Source of the DNA: Chara braunii
Taxonomy: Eukaryota; Plantae; Charophyceae
Direction: 5' to 3'
Length of the DNA stretch: 64,000 nucleotides
NCBI GenBank assembly: GCA_003427395.1
Contig: BFEA01000030.1
Span: 4,247,321-4,311,320 of the forward strand
The first letter of the stretch is position 1. Every line of letters begins with the position of its first letter. Positions 26,434-39,044 of this stretch are shown piece by piece. The position numbers and the translations under genes are program-made. Below the pieces are notes generated by a model. That model was not told the DNA's origin. It saw only the letters and a list, made by a program, of their open reading frames with translations, and made no database searches.

Positions 26434-28692
26434 TTACACTACCTTTTCCTTAAACTTGATTTCTGGGTTGGCTTCCTCGTGCCAGTCCATTCCTAGAATC
26501 AAGTTAAAAGGTATTTTTTTTTCTACAAGGAAGGATACCTTGTGAAGAATCTTCTTCCCTTCCTTGGTGCGAAATCGACATTTGACACGATCAACACTTT
26601 GCGAGATACTGGTTGTGCGCCCATCAGCGAGAATGTATGTGATAGGTCGAGACATATCTTTTAGCTTCATTCCGAGATGCAACTTGTGAATTGCCTTATC
26701 GGATATATAGAATCGCGTTGATCCTGAGTCCAACAGTGCACCTACACGTGTATGTGCAATCTCTACATCCGTGAGTAGTAGGTCACCCTCAGACTTCGAT
26801 TTCTTAGCCCACGAGCTTCGTAATGCTAGCAACTCGTTACCAAACTCGTCAAGAGAGTCGTCCAGAGAGACAATACATAAGATAGGTTCAGGGTGTTCCG
26901 GACGATGGGTCGAACAAGAACCATCCTCTGCCATGCGAGTCAAAAGGTTGGAAGGGTTAGTAGGCGCCTTACCTTCATCTTGATCCACACCCTTAGACTC
27001 AGTGGGAGAAGATGCTACTCCTACCGGCGGCTCGTTTTTGAGTTACGGATAAGTGGGCACCATGCAATCACATGCCCTGCGGTACCACACTTCAGACACT
27101 GTGCATTATCCATTCTTTTCTGCCACGTTTCCTGTGACAGGCCCATCTTTTCTCATGGCCTCCCGCCCGCAATCCCGAGATGCTCTAGGAATGAGTGTGG
27201 CTTCCTCTTCTTTACTGGCGGTCGTGGTCCTCCCTTGTTGACCACAGCAGCAGTGACCTCCCCCTTCCCGGAATCACTGCTGCTCGTCACACCCTCGGTC
27301 TCCAATGGCCACGTCTCCATAGTATCATCGCCAAAGACGACGAGGGTGTGGTCCTGGCGCTTTTGGCGCCAAAGTATCCGCTTTCCTGCACCTGCACCAC
27401 CACCAAACTTCACAACAGATGCATACGAATTCTTAACCTGAGAAGTCATTTGCTCTCGTTGGAGAGCAAAATCCCGAAACTGCCTGTAATTGTACTTGCC
27501 TGACTTAGATTCTGCCACAAGTTGTCAACGGATGGGCTCGGGCAGAGTACGAGAATAGATGTACAAGACTTGGTTGTCTTGCAGGTTCAATCCAGGAACT
27601 TGCAGCAACCAGTCAACTTCCCGAGACAAAGCTTCTATCGAGGTCCAATGTTTTTTAGCAATGGTAGTGAGGTGGTCAAAGGCCTTGTCGCCCGTTGTCT
27701 TGTCTTGGAAGCGTTCCTTGATCTTGCCAAGGAACTGCTTCAGATTCAAGGTTGCATCCCACTCCCAATGTCATCGAACCCCGTTGCGTTGGCTTCGGCC
27801 AATACCCATTCCTTAGCTTCCCCCCCGAGACAAGAGGTAGAGAAAACAACCTGGGACTCGGGTTCAACAGGGGCCGTACTGCAGTTCGTCTGAATTTCGG
27901 CAATCCACAACAATAAATTTTCATCTTTTTTGTTGCAGAACATGAAAGGTAGTTTCATCTTTACCTTTTCTTTCTTATTTAGTTTCTCCGGATCTGCACT
28001 TACCTTGACCGACGACTTCCGAGAATCAGGAGACTTTGGAGGTGGAGAGGGAGGAGGAGAGCTCGGTGGAGAAGACGGCGGACTCGGAGGTCCTCCTCCA
28101 TTAGACGACTTCTGATCTTTAGGAACAGCGGACTTCACTGCGTCACTCATCAATTTCTTCTCTTCTTTCTTCTCTTCCTTACCTTTTTCTTCTTTACCTT
28201 CTACCGGATTCTTCTCTTTCACAATATTTGTGATAGTTCGTAATCCTACAACAATCTCGTCTGACTGATTTTGCTGTCTCTCAATTTTTTATTCGAAGAA
28301 GGTAAGGTCATTCATGATGTGATACAATGTTTGTGTTATGTCCATCTGTTCCTTACCTTATGTTCCTATTACATGTCTGATTTCCTTTACCTTCTGTTCT
28401 CGTCTCAGTTCCTGTTCGTGTTTCCGGGCTAGTTTTTCTTTCTTCCTTTCTTCTGCAACCAGCGCCTCTCTTAATTGTTGGATGTTCGCGTCAATCGTAG
28501 CCTCGGTCACTTCTGGTCTAATTCCCCTTTCCTAGACAATTCCATGACTTCTTCCAGCTGCTTGATAGCAAACTGGTGCAGTGCCTGCCGGCACTGGGCC
28601 ATCATTTTAGACACTTCGGCCCCGACAGCCACAACTTCCGCGGTCGTAATTGCTTTCTTCAGACGGTTCTCTACCGTCTGCAAATCAAACAT
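26434..28692 (-). pseudogene. Gag (Pro-rich segment, capsid, CCHC knuckle) and aspartic protease, frameshifted
   Basis: ALLDSGST...LILGMDW protease, knuckle CLKCGTAGHVIAWC at ~27056-27098, LGGEAKEW capsid motif. Confidence 0.85.
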
Positions 28693-29940
28693 ATTATGAA
28701 CGTGTCATTCGGCGTCCGGTCCGGATAGACGCAAATCATTCAATAGCTGGTTCCATAGAGCCAGTAACTCTTGTTTCTTTGTTTCCGCCTGTTTCCTAGT
28801 CTTGGGATTGGAGGATCCTTCGCCCGCAAAGAACGTCATCGGGAAGAGAAGCAAGAGTATTTTCCACATGCTAAACATCTTGGAGGTCAGGTTTGAGGAA
28901 ATATTTGCAATAATGGAACAAAAAAATAAAGAGACATAATAAAAAGGAACAGATCTCTACTTATACTAATTGTTGTTCTTTTGTCTGTGTGATGACGTCC
29001 TATTCGAGAGTGTACACGTACCACGTCAGACTCGTGTATTCAGATACGACACACAAGTAAGTACACACAACACCACAACACAGCAAACGACAAGGTAAGC
29101 ATGCCAACAACAACAACAAACAATTTGTCAGCACCCTTCTTCTTTCTGCTGAGTCAATCTAGGTGTCAATTGCGATGATGCACCCTCCTTGACAACTGGC
29201 ACTACAACTGTCTCATCAGTCGTTCAATCAGTCGTACCACCGTCGTCTTCGGAGTGCTTCTCTTACTTGACAACCACCTGCCTGCCACGTGTCATCCCTG
29301 GTGTGCTAACATAGCAGATCCTGCCACGTCAATACTAGTATCCAGCCAATCAATAAAGGGATGCTACGTCAGCAAGTGTGTGCTTCGTCCTTCCCACGTG
29401 CCACTTCCACGCGTCGTGTCGTGATATCGTCGCCGTTCCAGCCAATTGGACAATGCCACGTCAGCCAATGGAGACCAATGCCACGTCAGTAGGAAATCAA
29501 CACCTCAAGAAGACAGGTGTGATGACTTCTCCCCTGTCATGTCAACAATCAGTCCTGACTTTCCCAAAGGCCACATCAGCTTATGTAACAGACCTGGTCG
29601 CGCATAAGTTGCTAATGCAGCGTGAGAGTGCCACGTCAACAATCACCAACAACCAGGTCTTCAAACGCGACACATGATATGCCACGTCAGCAAGGGATCG
29701 CGATGCCACTTCACTATCGCGATCCAAGCTGGAACGCGGTAACTCTCGGTCGTGGTCCCTACTGCCACATCAGCAGCCACGTCAGGATCTTCTCTCGCCA
29801 GTGAAGTCTCTACCACGTCAGCAACTCCGGCGGTAACTTCTTGTCAAGTCATCGCTACCTCAGCACACGTGTGCATGCCCACTTACCTGCGCGCCACCTG
29901 GCGTGTGCGCGCGTGTGACTGTCGCCGTCGTCAGGAGAAC

Positions 29941-29953
29941 TGCTCTGATACCA
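29941..29953 (-). promoter_or_regulatory. Primer binding site for initiator tRNA-Met
   Basis: Minus strand TGGTATCAGAGCA just inside the 5' LTR. Confidence 0.93.
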
Positions 29954-29956
29954 AAT

Positions 29957-30979
29957 TGCAATGAACCCAGATCGTGAAGACAATTGTCAACAATGCAAGC
30001 CCAAATGAGTGTCAACCACCTGATGATTATCAATAATCGTATTCGTGTCCAGATACCCGAGAGAAGAGAAGACATACACAGACGAGGTAGATGAGAGGGA
30101 GGAAAGACTTAGAGTGGGAAAGATAGAAACTATGCCCACTGCTTCTTCAAGCTCCCTCCGCAATCACCACCTCAATAATCAATAATCTGAACGAGTATCT
30201 GAAGTAACCTCAATGTGCCACGTGGCACGTCTAGTCAGTCCCTCATCAATGCTGGAGCAATGTCGACATGAAGACAACTAGGTAAGTATCCACGATCTCT
30301 CCACAGTCCTGACCTCCTCCTGAATGACGATAATCAGAACAGCAACATAAGTCACATAGCTTCGCCTAGTCAACATAGTAGTACACGTGGCAGCAGTCAC
30401 GTCAGCGACAGCGCATGGCAGCTGCCACGTCAGCATGTCAAGAAGACAGGTGCAAGCCAGCCACCATGCCGGACCAGCAGCGCATCGCCGTAGACACAAT
30501 GCCAGCACAAAGCCAGCCCTCAACCAGCTTAGCAGTGTCGAGCCAGAATCATCGTCAACGCATGAAGTCAACATCGACGTAAGACAGAATGAATGTCAAA
30601 GCTAGGAAAGTCAGCGCTTATGTAGCGCTGACTTGGGGTCGGTGCCCCGGATGCTACCACCCTCACCCGTCCAGATCTTGATGCAAACTAAGACCCAGAT
30701 TGGTCTGAAACCGAATTCCCTCCGGCCCGGATGCTTGTCTGGGTACCTGCGCACAACAAGTGAGTGTATCCAACCAAGGGCCTGGGTGAGGTACCTTTGA
30801 CTCTAACGTTGACTTTGACCCTTGAATTTCCTGTGTGCAGCGTTAGGTCACACAGCCAAATGTGACAGACTCAGGCCTGGGCGTGTCTTGGTCACACAGC
30901 CCAGCGCAGACCAACTCAGGTCTGCGTTGCCTGGGGCTGAGTTCTGGGCCCCAGGCTACTTCTGAACAGGGTTACTGCA
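29957..30979 (-). repeat. 5' LTR
   Basis: Direct repeat of 22341-23363 with scattered substitutions. Confidence 0.95.
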
Positions 30980-31623
30980 GAGGTTGAGATTTCAACATTT
31001 GGAGAGTAGTGGAGCAAGGCCATGGACACCATTTGTGTGTGAGTGGAGAGCAGCCATTGTCGGGCAGCTGAAGGCTTACAATGAGCATGAAGAAGGTCGA
31101 CAACAAGTGGAGCAGGGCTCAAGGTAGACAGGCACAAGACAAGCAGGCTGACAGCAAGGCAGCAGGGAAAGCAGGAAGGGAACTAAGCATGAGAGGACCT
31201 TTTTTTAAAAAAGGGGAAAAAAGGGGAAAATAGAAAGAAAGATGAGGTGTCAAACAGGGGAGAAGCCAAGTGTGCAGCAAAACAAGCAGCTAGCTAACAA
31301 GGCAGGCAGGCAAGAGGGCAGCACTGCAAGCAGCGAAGCAGAAGGCCGAAGGGAGGGCAGGCAAGAAAACAGAAAGCAAGGCAACAAGGCAAGCAAGGAG
31401 CACAGACAATCAGCACGGCCACAGAACCGAGCAGTGAGGCAGAAGCAGGGCAGATGATGCACAAGGCAAGCATACAGCCAGATGGCAGGGCGACAGGGCA
31501 TGTGGTAAGAGAGCAACAAGGCAACGTGGCAAGAGACAGGGGGGCAGTCCAGCTATCGGCAAGGCAAGCAGGCACGCACATAGCAAGGTAAACGACAGTG
31601 CAACGAGGCAAAAAGTACCAGCA

Positions 31624-32407
31624 GTCCTTCGGGACATCCATTAAAGTTGGAATGATACAGAGAAGGAAGATTAGCAACGCCCCTGGGGCCTGGACCCACT
31701 AGCGAAGTATTCTACGGCGTGTGACACAGTTTTCTGGTTTTTTGGAAAATACAAAGTGATTTTTTATTTGCATGAATGGATCGTTTTCTGATTTAAAATG
31801 AATTGAAATAGCACATAAAACTATGAAGAACAGCTGTGCACCCGAATTCATGGGTTGGTACGATCTCCTTCACGTAAGTCTTCATAGTGATGTACCGTGG
31901 CAATAAAATGTGTCCACAACAAGTAATGGCTATAGGGAGTATTAGGGATACATTCATCCCCATGTATCTCATGATGCCTCTAAAAGGCCATCCGACAGAC
32001 GCGGAAGCGTTCCTGTCAGATGCACCACAATATTTGAATTTCACATTCCAAGTTCTATTTCTCAGAGCCAAAAAAAAAAACGAAGTCTGGAAATCAACCC
32101 CCCCCCTTTACAGCCCATAAAATCCTGACTTCCCGCCCACACAAAGCCATGAGCTATCATGTCCAAGTTAGTCCAACTTCGTTTTTTTTTTTTATTCGAC
32201 GCTTCTCATTGGACGGGAGGTGGGCATCTTTACAGTCCCCGCTCGGAAACTACCAGGCCGTCCAGATCCGATCTATTCGACGGCCGTACTCAGTCACTCG
32301 ATGCCACACGTGATCGAAATCCTGAACGGCATGGTAGAATACCTTGCTAGTGGGTCCAGGCCCCTGGGCAAGGACGACACACATAAATCGAGAAATGGTC
32401 GAAATTA
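31624..32407 (+). pseudogene. U6: U6 snRNA-derived copy 1, split by a MITE (31624-31685 and 32367-32407)
   Basis: GTCCTTCGGGACATCC..ATACAGAGAAGgaagATTAGCA..GCCCCTG | GGCAAGGACGACACACATAAATCGAGAAATGGTC, matching plant U6. Confidence 0.9.
31686..32363. mobile_element. PIF/Harbinger-like MITE inserted in the U6 copy
   Basis: TIR GGGCCTGGACCCACTAGCGAAGTATTCTAC / GTAGAATACCTTGCTAGTGGGTCCAGGCCC with TSD CTG. Confidence 0.88.
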
Positions 32408-32440
32408 TTACAAAAAGAAAAAAGAAAAAAAGAGGTCGTC

Positions 32441-33676
32441 TGACACATGCCCAGTTGGGCAATGTATATGGAGCCAAGGATCCGCAATGTGATGAAAAGG
32501 ACCAAATGGACAATGCAATGTCATTGAAACATCAACAGACAATGCACATCTGGATACATACAAAATGGCACAAAGTAGCACAGTGGAAGACTTCAAAGAT
32601 AAGTCCTGACCTGACAGGGACTGACGCGACATCCCATCATACACCACTCATGTGAGAAGAAGAGGAGGGACCGCACACACAGAAGAAAGGTCCCTCCTTG
32701 TATACACACATGGGGGAGATACCACGGAGGAGATGGGGGGAGAGACAAGACGAAAGTGGAGGCGAGGGAGTAGACCAAGATCGCGATAGCGCAGTTCAAA
32801 AATAATCCCTTGCCGGAAGTCCAATCAATGTCTGCCTCAAAAATGTTGGATCAGATGCTGGGCGCCATGCCCACGGTAACCTCTGCCTGCATCCTCTGCC
32901 GGTAACCACTCTCTCTCTCTCATATCTGAAGAAGAAGAAGAAGAAGAAGAAGAAGAAGAAGAAGAAGGAGAAGAAGGAGGAAGGAGGAGGAAGAAGGGAG
33001 AAGAGAGGAGACAAAGAAGAAGAAGAAGATATTGTCCTCCTCGCTGCCTCACCTGCTGGTACCGCCGCCAGCTAACCACTATGGCGTGTGCAGGACGGCG
33101 CACCAGGAGCCCCAGCTATGGCGCCGACGTACACTGCTGCAGGTATGTACCTCCGCCCCTCTGCCTCCTGCGCTCAGCCTCTGTCTCCGTAGCACAGCGC
33201 TAAACAGCACAGTGCTCAAGCAGCAACATGTCGCTCAAGAAGTGAGCTACCCGAACTGTTTTTTTTTTTTTCTGCCCAGCCTTGGCCCAGCTATAAGTAG
33301 CACTGGGCCTGCTGGGCGCTCCTCAGGTACTGGCCTCAAAACGACCTACTCGGTCTGGGCCCCTACCAGGTATCCAGACAGCACTGCTGATGCAGCGAGG
33401 CGCCAAAACGCGCCTGGCCTGAAAACGGCCTCGTTCCTGTGTCCCTGGCCCAAGGCGTCGCCTGGGGGCCTGCAAGTCCGAAACGACGTCTGGACAGACA
33501 AAAATAGGACAGCAAGTAAGTAAATAAATAAATAACTGCCACCTTGAATCGAAATCTGCAGCCTGAGGGCCGCTGTGGGCCTCCAGGGCACATGTCCGAT
33601 GGGCTGTGGCCTGGGGCCCCCTCAGCAACCGTTGGGCCCCTCAAATGGGGCCCGTGTGCAGGTGCAGCATGTAACA
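32441..33676. mobile_element. Solo LTR
   Basis: TGACACATGC...GCATGTAACA termini and 5-bp TSD TCGTC. Related in opposite orientation to 46397-47521 (terminus, (GAA)n tract, AAGTCCAATCA). Confidence 0.85.
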
Positions 33677-33678
33677 TC

Positions 33679-33780
33679 GTCTTTTGGGATATCGGTTAAA
33701 ATTTGGAATGATACAGAGAAAGAAGATTAGCATGGCCCCTGTGCAAGGATGACACGCATAAATCGAGAAATGGTCCAAAT
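33679..33780 (+). pseudogene. U6: U6 snRNA-derived copy 2
   Basis: AATGATACAGAGAAagaaGATTAGCATGGCCCCTGTGCAAGGATGACACGCATAAATCGAGAAATGGTCCAAAT. No upstream promoter or oligo-T terminator. Confidence 0.92.
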
Positions 33781-33885
33781 ATTATGTATGAAAAATAAGA
33801 GGTACCACCGTACCAGCACAGCCAGTCAAAAAGCAGGTAGACAAGCTGTAGAGCAAGCAGCAGGAGACTACCGTCTTTCCCCGAA

Positions 33886-34124
33886 CATAACGCATATGCG
33901 CTGTAGTCGAGTCTTGAAAAGTCCGAGAACTCGAATAGAATGCCTATGCGTTGTATTTCAAAACTCGAATAGAATGCATATGCGTTGCATATTCGAAAAC
34001 TCGAATAGAATACATATGTATTGTATTCGAAAATGAGTCTCTCTTCGAACAGAACACACATGTGTTGTGTTCAGATAGAAAGCAACCTATGTGTTGTACT
34101 CGTTTACAACGCATATGTGTTATG
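33886..34124. mobile_element. Small TIR element with three internal ~35-bp repeats
   Basis: CATAACGCATATGCGCTGTAGTCGAGT / ACTCGTTTACAACGCATATGTGTTATG, with AACTCGAATAGAAT three times. No clear TSD. Confidence 0.6.
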
Positions 34125-34946
34125 ACCGGGCAAGCAGGCAAGGAGAGGGTAATGCAAGCAGTAAAGGCAGTCGCGATTGTGTAAGGGATGCCCCAAAGTG
34201 TGAGAAAGTCTATGGAGACGTTATAGACTCACGATTGGTTGATACCGGGTTCGGATATTCCTCTGCTGATGGAAATTGGACAGAGGCTTAAATTCCTTTG
34301 GCAGCCTATTGAGAGATATGACACAGAGGGCAATACCAACACCAAGTCTTCCAGTCAGAAATTGGANNNNNNNNNNNNNNNNNNNNNNNNNNNNNNNNNN
34401 NNNNNNNNNNNNNNNNNNNNNNNNNNNNNNNNNNNNNNNNNNNNNNNNNNNNNNNNNNNNNNNNNNNNNNNNNNNNNNNNNNNNNNNNNNNNNNNNNNNN
34501 NNNNNNNNNNNNNNNNNNNNNNNNNNNNNNNNNNNNNNNNNNNNNNNNNNNNNNNNNNNNNNNNNNNNNNNNNNNNNNNNNNNNNNNNNNNNNNNNNNNN
34601 NNNNNNNNNNNNNNNNNNNNNNNNNNNNNNNNNNNNNNNNNNNNNNNNNNNNNNNNNNNNNNNNNNNNNNNNNNNNNNNNNNNNNNNNNNNNNNNNNNNN
34701 NNNNNNNNNNNNNNNNNNNNNNNNNNNNNNNNNNNNNNNNNNNNNNNNNNNNNNNNNNNNNNNNNNNNNNNNNNNNNNNNNNNNNNNNNNNNNNNNNNNN
34801 NNNNNNNNNNNNNNNNNNNNNNNNNNNNNNNNNNNNNNNNNNNNNNNNNNNNNNNNNNNNNNNNNNNNNNNNNNNNNNNNNNNNNNNNNNNNNNNNNNNN
34901 NNNNNNNNNNNNNNNNNNNNNNNNNNNNNNNNNNNNNNNNNNNNNN

Positions 34947-34980
34947 CTCTTATACACATCTAGATGTGTATAAGAGACAG
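34947..34980. other. Nextera mate-pair junction adapter (Tn5 mosaic ends), sequencing artefact
   Basis: CTCTTATACACATCT-AGATGTGTATAAGAGACAG directly at a gap edge. Confidence 0.97.
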
Positions 34981-35040
34981 GCGCTGACCCGTGACACGTT
35001 CAGCCAGGACAAGTCCATGACCCGAGCATTTTTTTTATTG

Positions 35041-38003
35041 TTTTTTTTTTTTTTTTAATAAAACAGGGCCTTATGGTCCTGGCTCCTTCCATTCTGGGGA
35101 GCGTCAGTCCGGTTCCTATTCCACCGGCAAGTCAGAACATACATTACATTAAGAATCACTCACGCTTCCTTCCGTCTGGCCGAAGGACCCCTGAACAGCA
35201 TTGATTGCTCCACCTTGGTGGAGGATTAACTGTCAGCTTGCCATGTCTCACTCTTCCCTCTCAGACCTGGAAGCCAGATCTGCCAAATAGTTCTATGTCA
35301 CCTAGAAATAGCTCGCTCATCGTCCAAGCTGGCCTGTGTACTCCCACTCATCCGTCCTACCCGTGAGTCCCGATATCCCCTGTCCCACTTTACCTGGCTC
35401 CCCTTTTTAAGTGTCACTAAAACCCTAAACCCTAAACCCTCATCCTGTAACCATTGCCGACCCTTCTAGGCTGGGATTTGCGGCTCCATGTCTGTTCCCC
35501 TTGGGTGATATGCGATCCTTTTTACATTGTAACCTTACGCCATCATTCCTTTGAGTCAGCCTTTTCTCCATTACTATGGCCATTTGGTCTCATCCATCCA
35601 TCTCTGAACTGTCCCTCCGTAGCTGCGGTCATTTGGTCTTGTCCATCTCTCGTGGAAGTCTGATCAGGAGGTGTTTTGCCCCTCCGCAGTTATCTGTTGT
35701 TCGTAGCCTCTTCCCAAGTTTGAGTTGTGCCAGTCTTTCTGGCAAATGTGGTCTTCTCGTAACTCCGCTATTTTACCGCTTATCAACCAGATCCTGCCGA
35801 ATCTCAGTCTGGCCTTCTTTTGTTGTTCCACGTCCTCCGTCCATAATGGTTTGGTCTTCCGCCATCTGCAGAGGATTTCGGCTTGTATCATTGTTTTCGT
35901 CTCCGCCTAGACCCTCTCTCATGGGTGTCCAATCTTTCAATCGTTCTGCTGCATCTTTCCTTCCATATGACCCATAGTGTCACCTTCCTGATGAGTCCAA
36001 ACCAAATCCTCTCTGACTTCCGGAGCTGCTCAGGGATGTTAGTCAGAAGGAGAAGTTGGATGGGTTGTTCATGGAAAGGGGTCGGGAATAGGGAGTCCCA
36101 GAGGGCCGAGGCTCTTGACCAGTAATCTGTTGCCTCCCTACAGTGCAGTAAGCAGTGAACTATGTCCTCTACCTTGCCTTCCGTGCATATCGTGCACTGA
36201 TCAGAACTGTTGGGGTCTGAACCCTTTCGCCTGGTGTGTAGCCATTGGTTTACTGGCAGTGCTGCGAAGGTGATTAGCCATTGAAGGCTTCTGATTTTAA
36301 TTGGCCTGATAGACTTGTACTCCTTCCACTGGACCTGTGTGAGTTTGTCTGCCTCTTGGCCTAATAGATTCTGCCATCTTTTTTTTATGGTGGGATCAGG
36401 GTCTTTGGTTTTGAGTAACAGTCTGTACCCCAGTTTAACTGTATACTCATGAATTGGAATCTTGGATTTAATGTTCTTTGTCTTGTTCGGCGTCCACGCC
36501 CATTCTGCTGGGTCAAACTCTAGGCTATGGATCGCCGTGTCAGGTCTGAAGATTAACTTTGGCCAAGAGCCAAGGACTCTTACCTTCCTAAGTAGGAAGA
36601 AGTCCATGACTTCCGATTCTACTGCGCTGTTGAGGATGGCCGGCATGCTAGAGGTGGTCGTGGAAATCGGAAAGGAGAGGAAGGTGGCCTTGGTGGGCGA
36701 GTCTTGTTGCATGTGGGAAAACAGGAAGGCTCTGGAGGTAGTCGTTTCTTGTGCCTTAAGTCCCCATTCTCCAGGCTTCTATGGTGCGGCTTTGGTCAAG
36801 ACGTCTTTCCATTCTTGTGGGATAAGGCTGATGATGTACTGGAGATTAGGTCCTCGTCTGTGACATCCTTTCAGTTGAGAGCTGACTTCCTGTTCAGTCT
36901 TCCACTCCTTTCTCTCCTCGTTCCATAGGTGGGCGATTTTCCATATTTCGTTTTTGATCCAGGAGAGCCATCTGTGTTCTAGGAAGAGGGGATTATCACC
37001 CTCATTTGTCACCCACTGATTCCCAAAGAGTGGCTGCCTTAATACTTCATCCGTAGACCTAGGTCTATTAGACTTGTTAGGCATTATTTTTCTCCAAATT
37101 TGAAGCAGCGCTGACCAGTATGGAGTAGGAGGTCTGTAGCCCTCTGGTCTATCATCACTCTTTCGATTCCTTCGTCCTGTGGTCATGGCCCATTCCTTAT
37201 TCATAACCCAGAACATTCCTGACATGTCATCTGGCGAGGGCACTAGAGCCAGGGATCTGATACTGTCTAGGGCTAACTTGTTCCACGCGTTGTCTGGGTT
37301 CATAAGAAGTTTGATAATCCACTTGATCTGTAGGGCTTTTGTCTCTGTTCCAGGGTCTATAATCCCTAGGCCTCCTTTTTGCGGGCTTCTTGTGACGTAG
37401 TGCCATGCGATCTTAGGTATGTCATTCTCTTTATTGGGATCTCCTGACCAGAGGCAGGACCTGGCTCTTCGATTCAGCTCTTTAATAGAGCTATCTGGTA
37501 CTGTCCAGATGGTGGTTATGTACCACATCATTGAGAAGACCGACGTATTAAGAACCAGGGCTCGACCAATAAGGGAGGTGAAGGCATTGCCCCACCTTCC
37601 TATTTTGTTGATTTGTTTGGTCAATATGTTCTGGCCCATTTGGGGTGCTAGGCCCTCCCTTGTCATAAGTATACCAAGGTACCGGGTGGGGGAGTCTGGC
37701 TCTTCCCAGACCATGGCTGCTTCCTCTCCTTGTAGTTGGAGGGGTTCCTCGTCGGATAACCACCAACCTATTGTCTTTCCCCAGTTGATCTTCATTTCTG
37801 AAGCCAGTCTGAAGGCTTCCATTGCTTTGGCCAATGTCCTAAACGATGAGTCTGATGCTCTGATCAGTACGGTTAGGTCATCTGCAAACATGATAGCTGT
37901 CGGGAAGTCCATTCGGTGAGCCGAGCCTGTATTGACGACGGGGAGCCTGTGAATCGATGGGTCCTTGCATAGGAATGATGCAATGGTTTCCATTAGGATG
38001 TCT
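35041..38003 (-). mobile_element. 5'-truncated L1/Tx1-clade LINE with 3' UTR and poly(A)
   Basis: FADD, TSLIGRALVLN, GGLGIIDP, CTIC..EDIVHCLLHC, WVIWKERC, with a T-run at 35041-35056. Confidence 0.92.
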
Positions 38004-38952
38004 ATTTTTTCTGCTTTTGTTTTTTTTTCCATTTTTCTTAGATTCCCCTGCCAGCAAGGCAGGGCATATCCCGTGATCTACTGAACAACCCTCGTTGAGG
38101 GCATAGGGCCTTGCTGCACTACGCTAGACACATGGACATTTTCAAGAGTTCGTCTAGCGCTGTCAGACTCCTGGATTGGCATCAAGTGCTGTCGTCGCTG
38201 CACTTACTCCGGACTCTCGACTCTCGTGAGCATTCTCTACTGTCGGACAGACAATACACGACAGGGCAGCGATGATTTGGCCATCGAGACCGGAGGCCAA
38301 CTCTCAAATTTGCAAACCGCATGAAGGGACCCGTCGGTCTCGTTTGAAAAAAAAGCTCCTGCAGGCGGGAACTGTGGAAACTTCAAGAGCTCGTCCGATG
38401 GGCCATTTCTGATACCTCTTGAAGCGCCCCAGAATGGACAAGGAGGCACAACAATAAGGTTCTGTTTTTTTTTTTTTGTTTTGTTTAATAATAATAATAA
38501 ATGAGGTTAGTCTGCATCAGCTGCTGTGTAAACAACGGACTATGCTCAGGGGACAGGGATGGCCTTTTGCTGTATAATAAGCAAGGGACTGCTGGCCCCC
38601 CAGAATAGATAGGGGTTGTGTGAGTTTTGGGTAAACTGAAAAAAGAAAGGAAATTGCTATGTGGGAGAGTACAACTGCCTGAGAGTTAGAGCCCTTCCTA
38701 TGCATACTATTGGCGTGTACAGTATGTGCATTAAGCCTCACTGCTCGTCACCTTGAGCACACACACACACACAACGAGAGATCACACGAAGTCCACACTG
38801 GAGACCAGAGATGCAAAGTCCAGATATGCGCAGCGTAGAATTTCCAACAAATTATTATCATATTAAGCAGTTACAGAGTTCCAGTCGCCAGCGCTCATCA
38901 GCGCAGAGTTCAGCAACCCAATTCCAGCAATCCTCATCCAAGGTAGGNNNNN

Positions 38953-39044
<92 letters not shown>

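Larger units (their letters stand above)
22341..30979 (-). mobile_element. Full-length Ty3/Gypsy chromovirus-type LTR retrotransposon, decayed
   Basis: Paired 1023-bp LTRs (TGCAATGAAC...GTTACTGCA), 4-bp TSD GAGG, tRNA-Met PBS, and gag-PR-RT-RH-IN-chromodomain order on the minus strand. Confidence 0.96.

Noticed and set aside
31624-32407. Dada-type U6-targeting transposon
   Set aside because: The insert has clear terminal inverted repeats, a 3-bp TSD and no transposase, which fits a Harbinger MITE better.
33679-33780. Functional U6 gene
   Set aside because: Insertion in the catalytic core, damaged 5' hairpin, an LTR immediately upstream and no T-run terminator.
35417-35440. Telomeric repeat (CCCTAAA)
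   Set aside because: Only 2-3 units inside a LINE 3' UTR (similar at ~44383), not a telomere tract.
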